DNA of 64,000 nt, taken from contig NC_043019.1 in assembly GCF_006345805.1 (NCBI RefSeq), forward strand, positions 30,999,360 to 31,063,359, in the 5' to 3' direction. The first letter of the stretch is position 1, and each line of letters starts with the position of its first letter. The position numbers and the translations under genes are program-made. The stretch is from Octopus sinensis (taxonomy: Eukaryota). Shown in pieces: positions 52,219-64,000 of the stretch. Below the pieces are notes generated by a model. It saw only the letters and a program-made list of their open reading frames with translations. It was not told the origin of the DNA and did not search any database.

Positions 52219-53088
52219 CTCCATGTGTGCATATATGTATGCAAGTTTATATAAATATGTACAGACATATGTATATGTGTGCGTATGTGTGTGTGTGTGT
52301 GCATGTGTGCGAGAGTATGTGTGCTGGTAGGTGCCCAGCTTATATCTTTCTTTACATTGACACTACTTAAACAAAACAGCATCTGTGTTTATGACCCATA
52401 AATGACAGTGCCACAAATAAGAGATTGCTAAGATGGGCACCAGACTTAGCAATGGATTTATCATACAGATGGCAATATCTAAATTAAGAATTAGAATCAA
52501 TAAGCAAACTGAAAACATGCAAGGTGTTGCTCCAACATTATTCACAGTTCAATGATCAATAGATAGCTTTATCATATTAATGGCAATATTTAAATTAAGA
52601 ATTAGGATCAATAATCAGCTAAAAACTTTTAAGGTGTTGCCCCAGCATGGTCACAGTTCAGTGATCTAGAAATGGCTTCTTTTAAAACAGCCAGATTCTA
52701 GAAACTTTGGACTCGTTAGAAGAAGTATTTAAAATTCCAATGTTGGTGTAGATGAACGTCTCTAATGAATAAATGACATACGAGATTGTATCTCATTAAT
52801 AGATTTGCCTGTAGAGATATCTTAGAATCAATAATAAATTTTCTGTTCATTATAATACCAATAAAAGAACAGAAAATATTTCTTTAGCCATATTTCATTA
52901 CCGTGGTTAGAATGCTACAGGAAAGATTCACAAGGCAGATTCTTCAAGACCTAGGGACACACCAAGAACAAATGGTAGGAGAGTATCCATAATTTCAGTT
53001 GGCCATTGTTAGGGATCCAGCAGGAATATGTAATGGTGGTTGTGGTTGTTGCTTTTAGGATTCAATAGAAGAGATGCCTGAAGTCTCC

Positions 53089-53323
53089 TTTATTTTTTTA
53101 TTGCCCACAAGGGGCTAAATATAGAGGGGACAAACAAGGACAGACAAAGGGATTAAGTCGATTACATCGACCCCAGTGCATAACTGGTACTTAATTTATT
53201 GACCCCGAAAGGATGAAAGGCAAAGTCAACCTCGGTGGAATTTGAACTCAGAATGTAACAGCAAACGAAATACCACTAAGCATTTTGCCTGGTGTGCTAA
53301 CGTTTCTGCCAGCTTGGCGTCTT
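53089..53323 (-). mobile_element. SINE family B with 17 bp TSD
   Basis: AGATGCCTGAAGTCTCC at 53072-53088 and 53324-53340. Confidence 0.92.
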
Positions 53324-54858
53324 AGATGCCTGAAGTCTCCACTCCCATAATAATGTAATAATGGACATGGAAGATGGATGGGTCTTTCAAAAATTTTTGC
53401 TTCTCAACCACATGGTTCAGAGTTTAGTCCCTCTGAATGGCACCTTGGGAAGTATCTACTACTAAACCCTCAGGCTAACCAAAGCCTTGTGAGTAGTTCT
53501 GGTAGATGGAAACTGAAAGAAGCATGTCATGTATAAATATATTAATCAAAGTGTACAGTATTATATATCCATTATGGCTAATCTTGCCAATTGGTTTCAC
53601 ACTAAGGGCTCAACAGAGTGTTAGATAACAGTCTGATTATGTAACCCTGTACTCTTCAGAGCTGGCAGTTATATAAGGAAATGTGTGTGTGTGTGTGTGA
53701 GTTTGTCCACCACCACAGCTTGACAGCCAGTGTTGGTATGTTTAACTCCCTGTAACTTAGTTGTTCAGCAAAAAGGACTGTTAAAATAAGCACTAGATTA
53801 AAAAGGAAGAAAACAAGTAGTGGTGTCGATTTGTTCAACCAAAATTCTTCAAGGTGGTACCCCAGCATGGCCGTAGTCTAATTACTGAAACAAATAAAAG
53901 ATAAAAGAAGGATTCATAAAAATAAACCTAAATTTTTCATTATAAACTTGGTGTTTGGGGTATAACTTAACAAAATGATTAATTTTTTATTAATTTAAGG
54001 TAGAAGGTTTTAATTTAAATATGGACAGTTGAAAAGCAGCTGTCACTTAATCAAAGGACCAGATGTGGTCTCAGGCAAGTTAATAAAAGGGTTAATCCTG
54101 TAATAAAAGAAGTGTAACATTACATTGAATTCCCTCAGTGGAATCTTTGATCCTCCCAAAATTCTTGTTTTTATTATGTTTTTTTAATTTTTTACTTTTT
54201 TTCAGTGATAAGACTGCAGCCATGCTGGGACCCCAACTTGAAGTGTTTAGTTGACCCCAGCACTTATTTTTTAAACCTAGTACCTATTCTATCACAGTCT
54301 CTTCTACCGAACCACTAAGTTATGAAGACATAAACAAACCGACACCATTTGCCAAATAGTTGTTGGAAGAAATACAAATGCACATACACACACATCAATA
54401 CACACACATTATGGGCTTCTTTCAGTTTCCATCTACCAAGTCCACTCACAAGGCTTTGGTCAGCCCAAGGCTATAGTGGAATATACATGCTCGAGTTGCC
54501 ATGCAGTGGGACTGAACCCAAGACCATATGGTTGGAAAGTAAGCTCCTTAACCACTTAGCCATATCTGCATCTATTGTATTAGCAATTTCCACACATTAT
54601 GATGTATGTCACAATAATTAGGCGTGGCTGTGTAGTAAGAAACTTACTTCCCAACCACATCATTCTGGGTTCAATACCTCTGCATGGCAACTTGGGCAAG
54701 TGTCTTCTGCAATAGCCTTGGGATAACCAAAGCCCTGTGAGTGGATTTGGTAGATGGAAACTGAAAGAAGCCTGTTGTGTGTGTGTGCATTTGTGCGTGT
54801 GTGTGCGTATATATATATACATATGATACATATGAGTCTATGTCTGTTTGTCCCCACC

Positions 54859-55083
54859 TATTTCTTTATTACCCACAAGGGGCTAAACACAGAGGGGACA
54901 AACTAGGACATACATAGGTATTAAGTTGATTACATTGACTCCAGTGCGTAACTGGTACTTAATTTATCGACCCCGAAAGGATGAAAGGCAAAGTTGACCT
55001 CGGTGGAATTTGAACTCACAACGTAACGACAGACGAAATACGGCTACACATTTCGCCCGGCGTGCTAACGTTTCTGCCAGCTC
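54859..55083 (-). mobile_element. SINE family B nested in a family A copy (54620-55285), 11 bp TSD
   Basis: TTGTCCCCACC at 54848-54858 and 55084-55094. Confidence 0.9.
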
Positions 55084-55846
55084 TTGTCCCCACCATCGCT
55101 TGACAACTGGTGTTGGTGTGTTTACCTCCCTGTAACATAGTGGTTCAACAAAAGAGATTGATGGAATAAGTACCAGGCTTAGCAAAAAAAGTTACTGGGG
55201 TTGATGCATTCGACTAAAAAATTGTTCAACGTGGTGCCCCAGCATGGTCGCAATCTAATGACTGAAACAAGTAAAAGATAAACGATACTTCAATATAATA
55301 ATAGTCAATGTGATAACAATATTGGTATTTTATTTGTGAATAAGAAATTGCTTTGCTTTAATCATTTGACTCTTAGTCATGTGTTATATAGGTTCCATCA
55401 TTACATACAGCATGTCTTGGGTATTTTTTAAATTGGTGAAGCCCATTCCTTGCTTGGTCTGGACACGGCTGTTTTGACTCACAGAGAAAGCGAAAGAGAA
55501 AATTAACTCTACTCAGTAATGGGCTGGTACCTTATTTACTGACCCCAAGAGGAAGGAAGATGAAGTTGACTTCAGCAAGATTTGAACTCAGAGTCAGAAC
55601 AAAAACTGTAAATGTTCTCTCCGTATTAGTAAATTATTCTGTGATGTACACAACAACAACAACAACAAGTACATTTGCATTCGAATCTGCTGATTCAAAT
55701 CTGTTTGATATGAACATACTGTCTTAGTAAAAGGGAGGTTGTTTTTCCTTTGTGACATACACAACAGCGACTATCATGTTTGCCTTTGAATCTGCCAGAA
55801 TGTCATCATCATCACCACCACCACCACAAACCACCACCACCATCAC

Positions 55847-55884
<38 letters not shown>

Positions 55885-57849
55885 CCATCATCATCATCAT
55901 TGTCTAACATCTGTTTTCCATGCTGTCATGGGCATTAAGAATGAATAAATAAATAAATGATTTTAGTAAATTATCAATAACTGGGAAATGCATTGAATAC
56001 TGATCTAAAGTCAGCCAATACATTTGACTTGAAATACTCAATAACATAACGGTCTTGTTCTGAATATGCATCAAATTTTAATTAACAAAAACTTTTTTGA
56101 CTCACTAGATTAAACACACCAGCACCCACTTTGCTCTTTCTTTAGTTTCCATGCACTGGTGTCTCTGAATATATTTCCGATCATCCCAAGTGTCCAGTCA
56201 GTAAAATTCTCACTCGCTTTCCCTCTCTGTAGTCATTCTAAGATTTACCAGTAATGATTAGACATTGCTTCCCTGATGAGGTTAAATGAGTCCAAAACAT
56301 GTCCAGTGTCATCAACTATATTACCAATGATGTTACTCGTTCCTCACTTCACTACTATGATTTTTAACTTAGTTTCATCGATTTTTTTCCACTGTCTGTT
56401 TTAACTAGAATTAGTTATTTAAATACTGATTGGTTTTTCACACTAAAGGTATAGATTTAATTAGTAAAAATCTCTTTATTACCAACGTTATATATGTCAG
56501 TACCCAATTAACTTGAGGAAAATCAACTAACTTCCTATGCAAGCATAAATTAACTATTTGATATTTCACTCACAAAAAAAAAATAAGTCTAAATCAACAA
56601 AATTAACCCTTTTGATATCAGTTTGCATAAAACTGCCCTTTGTTCTATGCATACCAGTACTCAGCATTCAAAACCATGTCAGTCCAGTAACAAATGATGG
56701 CAAGGTGGTCTTAAGCCTATATTTTAGCCCATCACTACACTGACACATTTGTGTAGGTATGAAGTGTAAATCCTTAAAAAAAAAATCCTTAAAAATGTTT
56801 TAGCCCGAAGGCCACGGCCATGCTGGGGCACCACCGCTGACTGTAATGGAAAATTCTATACAATTTCATGCCAAATAATGTTTATAAATTGACATGCACA
56901 GGGAATGCAAAGCTAACACAGAGAAAGGAGAGTGAGTGCTTGCAAAGGCTTTCTTGGTCAATAGGCAATCATGCCACTTTGGCTACATGTTAGAAGACCA
57001 CCTGACCAAACATGAGGATTCCCATTTTCCCCTCCTGCCAAATGTACATTATTACATAAGCTACAGGCATTCAGTAAAACAGCCTTCAACCAATGACCTT
57101 TTTTTAATGGCAATATAGAAATAAATATGATTCATTATAACTGAACATTCTGGTTGATTTTATGCAAGAGATGACACACAGCCAGAAAAAATTCCAGCTC
57201 CTAGCTAACCAAAGCCATGTAAGATATAAAACATCCTGTTTTGAAGAGATCTAAATTAAACCTGTCTTCAAAATATCATATTGATTTGTTTCAGACACCT
57301 TCTTAAAACCATCTTAATAGTAACAATGTTACTTTAACAAGAGTCTTCATTATTTTAAACACTATTTGAAAGAAGATCATTGTATGTTTGTACAAGAAAC
57401 TCTCTTCAACCAAAACTTGTTTTATGCAACACTGATTGTTTGCCATGGAATTACCACTCAAATTTCCCTGGGAGACCACATTCTGGCTTCCTAATCAAAC
57501 TATATAACAACATGCTTAAACGTGCTGTTTGTCTGTCTATTACTATGGTCTCAAGTTATATTTAAATTATGAAATCCCTGTGTATAGTCTTTAACATTGC
57601 AAGATAAATACATAAAGTTTTTTTTTTCTCTTTTTTTGCCAGACATGCTTTGGAAGTATAAATATATTTGAATATAATGACTGTGTTAATGGCTTAATCA
57701 TGAAGAGTACACTGTTAATACTTCACAGATGTGTCAAACTGAGTCAACTAAAGTTTGCCTGGTGATATAAATATCAGCTTTTATCTTCTACTCTTGAGAG
57801 TCTATTTACATACGATTTTATGATTATAAAATTCTCATATAACTACGAT

Positions 57850-58410
<561 letters not shown>

Positions 58411-58921
58411 AAATACTGCATTATATTCCATCAGTGTCTGGAACATGAAACAATTTCATTTAGAATCTCACCTTCAGATGTCCTCAAACAAAATCATAAA
58501 TGAGTTTGCTTTCAGTTAGTTATATGACTATAAATGTTTTACACGACGAAAGAGACTAACAGAGTAAGTTCCAAACTTACAAACAGAAGCACGGGGGCTG
58601 ATTTATTCGACTAAACCCTTCAAGGCATTGCTCCAGCATGACCACAGTCAAATGACTGAAACAAGTAAGAGATAAAAGATAAAAGATGTAACTATGGTTA
58701 CCATTCTTCCTTTTCAACACTAGGCACAAAGCACAATATTTTTGGGGAGGGGGGCAGTCAATTAAGTCGACACCAGTATGCAACTGGTGCTTAATTTATT
58801 GACCCCGAGAGTATGGAAGGCAAAGTCAACCTCGACAGAATTTGAACTCAGAATGTAATGACAGAGGAAATGCCTCTAAGCATTTCGCACAGCATGATAA
58901 CATTTCTGCCAGCTCTCCACT

Positions 58922-58981
<60 letters not shown>

Positions 58982-58998
58982 GTAATAATAATAATAAT

Positions 58999-59058
<60 letters not shown>

Positions 59059-59059
<1 letters not shown>

Positions 59060-59199
59060 GGCGTAGGAGTGGCTGTGTGGTAAGTAGCTTGCTTACCAAC
59101 CACATGGTTCCGGGTTCAGTCTTCTACTATAGCCTCAGGTCGACCAAAGTCTTGTGAGTGGATTTGGTAGATGGAAACTGAAAGAAGCCTGTCGTATAT

Positions 59200-59252
<53 letters not shown>

Positions 59253-59477
59253 ATGTGTATATGTTTGTGTGTCTGTGTTTGTCTCCCCAACATCACTTGA
59301 CAGCCGATGCTGGTGTGTTTACGTCCCCGTAACTTAGCGGTTCGGCAAAAGAGACCAACAGAATAAGTACTGGGCTTACATACAAATAAGTCCTGGGGTC
59401 GATTTGCTCAACTAAAAGGTGGTGCTCCAGCATGGCCACAGTCAAAGGACTGAAACAAGTAAAAGAGTAAAAGAGTA
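59059..59477 (+). mobile_element. SINE family A copy with an internal head deletion
   Basis: GGGTTCAGTC is joined directly to TTCTACTATAGCC. Confidence 0.88.
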
Positions 59478-60305
59478 ATAATAATAAAAATAGACTTAGA
59501 GGTCTGACCACAATAGCCTTTAGTGATCAACAAGATGTAAGTTTAATTTTCAAGTGGCCTCCTCCCTGGGTTGGAAAGCTCCATCTACTCTGGTTGCAAA
59601 TGTATGTACACCACTAAAAGCACTCAAAAGCAAGTTTGTCGTGTTAATCCTGGTGAGAGATGAAGTCTATGACTCAAACAGGACATGGCAGGATTTGAAC
59701 TCGAAATAGAATGAGTGAAAAGGCATCCTGTCTGTCACCCTAACAGTCCCATTAGTCCACCACCCCAGGTTTGTACTTTATTTGTTGACTACAGAGGGAA
59801 GAGAAGCAAAAGTAGCCCTGGTAGGATTAGAACTCAGAGTGCAAGAAGCCGGGATATATACAGCAAGGCATTTAGCCTAGTGTTCTAAACGATCTGCCAA
59901 TTTGCCTTGAGCTACATCATTGCATTCCTCGTGTAAACAAAACCAATGTAAACAAACCAATACCAGTTGTCAAGTGACAGTGAAAGACAAACACAAAGAT
60001 ATATACACACACACATACACATTTACATATATGCATACATACATTCTTACATCACTCCAAACTAGCTAAAATAATATTCAAAGTGGTTTATATGATCGGA
60101 AATATAACTTCGAAGTCTTCATGGTGTCATAGTGAGGATTTGATTGAAGATTCTGCAAAAAAAAAAAAAAAAGAAAAGAAAAGTAGTAAGCTTTCCAGAT
60201 ATAAAAAAGTATACAAAAATAAACATCATTTTCTATCTTATTTCAGTTTGAAAAAAAACGAAAAAATTATTTTATGGTTTATATTTTGAATTACATATAC
60301 TGCAG

Positions 60306-60595
60306 TGGAGGCACAATGGCCCAGTGGTTAGGGCAGGGACTCGCGGTTGTAGGATCATGGTTTTGATTCTCAAACCGGGCATTGTGTGTGTTTATTGAGT
60401 GGAAACACCTAAAGCTCCAAGAGGTTCCGGCAGGGGGTGGTGGTGAACCCTACTGTACTCTTTCACCACAACTTTCTCTCACTCTTTCTTCTTGTTTCTG
60501 TTGTACCTATATTTCAAAGGGCCAGCCTTGTCACACTCTGTTTTATGCTGAATCTCCCTGAGAACTACGTTAAGGGTACACGTGTCTGTGGACTG
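60306..60595 (+). mobile_element. SINE family D (tRNA-derived), followed by a different repeat fragment to about 60800
   Basis: GGAGGCACAATGGCCCAGTGGTTAGGGCA tRNA-like head with A and B boxes. Confidence 0.85.
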
Positions 60596-61529
60596 CATGT
60601 TAATAAATGAGCTGTGACATCACTAGTGCCAAGCTGTATCGGCCCCTTTGCCTTTCCCTTGAATAACATCAGTGGCATAGAGAGGGGAGGCTGGTATGCG
60701 TGGGCGACTGCTGGTCTTCCATAAATAACCTTGCCCAGACTTGTGCCTCGGAGAGTAACCTTCTAGGTGTAATCCCATGGTCATTCATGACCAAAAGGGG
60801 TCACAACAACTACAACAAATACTGTATTTTAATGTGTATAAGGAACTCCCTAATTTTGGGGGCTTAAAATCTGGAAAAAAGGTTTTGTAAGGGATTTTAA
60901 TGCTGTCCATTAATAGGAAGATCCCAATTTTTTTTAACCTAATTTTTGACAAAAAAAGGGTTCCTTATACATGTTAAAATACAGTATATGGGGACACCAA
61001 AATATTTTAATTGCTTAGGGTTTCAATGGGTCTTAATCTAGCCCTGCCAGGGTGCCATGCAAAGGAATTGAACCCAAGACCATGTAGTTAGGAAGCAAAC
61101 TTCTTACCACAAAGCCATGAGAGCATCTATTGGACAAGAAAAATATTAAAAAAAAAACACAATTGCATAATTGCTGGGTTGAGGTTTTATGTTCAAATTG
61201 ATTATTCATTCTGAATTTCCCAGGTTGCTTTCCACCTCCACTTAAAACTAAATGCTATTAATAAAAAAATTTTATAAAACCATTATAATGTTACACAAGG
61301 CACCTCAACATCAGCTTCAGCATTCTACTTTTACGTCAATGGTTTTTGTTGGTCACTGGTGACAGTATTCACACAGAGTATCAATACCAAAAGCTGTGAA
61401 TTGGCGTAATTCCTCTATCCATTATCATATTCTTTATTAATGGCAGTTACAGGTTCAGATGATTTGGTGTGAAATGAAATTCTATATGGCAATAGAGTGA
61501 ACATATACAACAATCCATGATAAGATACT

Positions 61530-62125
61530 TATGAATGGCCGTTTGCCAGCTCTGTCTGGCAACCGTGTTGGTGGCATGTAAAAGCACCATCCGTTCGTGT
61601 CCGTTGCCAGCCTCCGCTGGCCCCCGTGCCGGTGACACGTAAAAGCACCGTCCGTTTGTGTCCGTTTGCCAGCTCTGTTTGGCCCCGTGTCGGTGGCACG
61701 TAAAAGCACCATCCGTTCGTGTTCGTTGCCAGCCTCGGCTGGCCCCCGTGCCGGTGACACATAAAAGCACCGTCCGTTTGTGTCCGTTTGCCAGCCCTGT
61801 CTGGCCCCGTGTCGGTGGCATGTAAAAGCACCATCCGTTCGTGTCCGTTGCCAGCATCGCCTGGCCCCGTGCCGGTGACACGTAAAAGCACCATCCGTTC
61901 GTGGCCGGTTGCCAGCTCTGTCTGGCACCTGTGCAGGTGGCACGTAAAAAACACCCACTACACTCGCGGAGTGGTTGGCGTTAGGAAGGGCATCCAGCCG
62001 TAGAAACACTGCCAGATCTGACTGGGCCTGACGAAGCCTTCCAGCTTCACAGACCCCAGTTGACCTGTCCAACCCATGCTAGCATGGAAAGCGGACGCTA
62101 AATGATGATGATGATGATGATGATA
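61530..62125 (+). mobile_element. Family C element with about seven ~61 bp tandem units in an A/B higher-order pattern
   Basis: AAAGCACC anchors at 61581, 61642, 61703, 61764, 61825 and 61885; (GAT)n tail. Confidence 0.92.
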
Positions 62126-62569
62126 TATATATATATATATATATGTAAGAGGCCTGCTTCTCAACCACATGGTTCCAGGTTCAGTCCCACCTGGGTAAAT
62201 GTCTTCAGCTTTAGCCTCAGGCTGATCAAAACCTTGAGAGTGGATTTGGTAGACAGAAACTAAAAGAAGATCATCACACACACAGACACACGCACACACA
62301 TATATCTGCGTATGTATGTATGTATGTATGTATGTATGTATGTATGTATGTATGAATGTATGTGGGCATCTGTGTTCGTACCTCCACCACCGCTTGACAA
62401 CCAATGTCGGTGTGATTACATCTGCGTAACTTAGCAGTTTGGCAAAAGAGACTGATAGAATAAGTACTAGGCTTACAAAAGTATTAGTCTTGAGGTTGAT
62501 TTGTTCGACTAAAGGTGAATGACTGAAACAACTAAAGAATAAAACTAAAAGAATAAAATGACACACATA

Positions 62570-63100
<531 letters not shown>

Positions 63101-64000
63101 CTCAGGTGCAGGCGTGACTGTGTGGTAAGGATCTTGCTTTCCAACCACATGGTTCTGGGTTCAATCCCACTGCATGGCACCTTGGGCAAGTGTCTTTTTC
63201 TATAGCCTCAAGCTAAACAAAACCTTGTGATTGGATTTGGTAGATGGAAACTGAAAGAACCCCATCATATGTGTGCATGTGTGTGTGTTGTGTCTTTGTG
63301 TCTATGTTTGTCCCCAATCACCAAATAAAAATATATATATATTCAATGGGCTTCTTTCAATTTCTTTCTACTAAATCCACTCATAAGGAATTGGTTAGAC
63401 CAGAGCTATAGGAACTATAGTAGAAGACACTTGGCTAAGACAGCACCCAATGAAACTGAACCTGAAACCATCTGATTGAGAAACAAACTTGTTGCCACAC
63501 AGCCATGCTGGTGTAAATAAATAAATTATTTAATAAATAAATGAATGTTTAGATTTTAACGATGAATTAATAAATGCTGACTTTTGCTTTCATCTTTCCA
63601 AGGCCAACAAATTCAATATGATTTTGTGAAATGAAAGAAATACGGTGAGTGCTGCCGGTTCAATACAATCACCTATACCATAAGTCGCATTGCTGTAGCA
63701 TGGCCACAGAAACTTAGGAAACAAGGACAGATGATTTAATTGTTTCCTTTGTGCTCTATTATAATTAAAGTTCTAAATATTTTTCAAGCAATCAGTATAA
63801 TAATTTTTAAAAAGCATTCGTGTTGAAATAAACCAACAGCACTGCACCAGCGCCATTTAAAATTCATTACTGGGGAGTTGTAGAGTATTTCTTCTGATTG
63901 TGTTCCGGGTCAGTTGAAGTGTATCGTAGCATGAATTCTTGTTTTTAATTTTTTTCATAACTTAATTTAAGTCTGTTATTGTTTACTTCTTATTCTTCTT

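Noticed and set aside
56266-56310. CTGATGAGG...CCAAAACATGTC as a hammerhead
   Set aside because: No helix I complementarity, helix II only 2 bp, and GAAA is absent.
60306-60380. tRNA-like sequence
   Set aside because: It is a SINE head continuing into a repeat body; no intact cloverleaf acceptor stem.
61530-61960. Regular ~61 bp repeats as a possible CRISPR array
   Set aside because: There are no unique spacers, the context is eukaryotic, there are no cas genes, and the units are tandem parts of a SINE-like element.
63680-63720. Minus-strand FCGHAT peptide resembling the PhzF/PBLD motif
   Set aside because: Only six residues match and the following sequence (AMRLM) does not fit the family pattern.

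Overview
AT-rich, repeat-saturated eukaryotic genomic DNA. The repeat families and microsatellite load look like those I recognise from Octopus (coleoid cephalopod) genomes; the species is an inference. No protein-coding gene can be identified with confidence. The long ORFs in the track are microsatellite or minisatellite read-throughs, and the only recognisable peptides are transposon relics: RTE-clade LINE ends (11.9-12.4, 39.2-39.6, 44.5-46.0 kb), CR1/L2-like LINE 3' ends (41.5, 49.1 kb), a deleted mariner (46.7-47.1 kb) and a hAT transposase C-terminus (48.0-48.6 kb). Most of the window consists of three tRNA-headed SINE families and one RTE-type non-autonomous family with an internal ~61-63 bp minisatellite. 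A few weak candidate exons exist. I saw no CRISPR array, rRNA gene or tRNA gene. The most notable signal is a set of nine type I hammerhead-ribozyme (HHR) folds from about six unrelated short sequence families. Their helices differ in sequence but keep base pairing. They have short self-complementary helix III and recurrent core variants (U4C, A6U, an extra base after A9). Nearly all sit in (TA)n tracts, several with inverted duplications. This pattern fits Penelope-like-element (PLE) terminal repeats, but no PLE ORF is present here. The best-preserved fold is at 18486-18549 (-).
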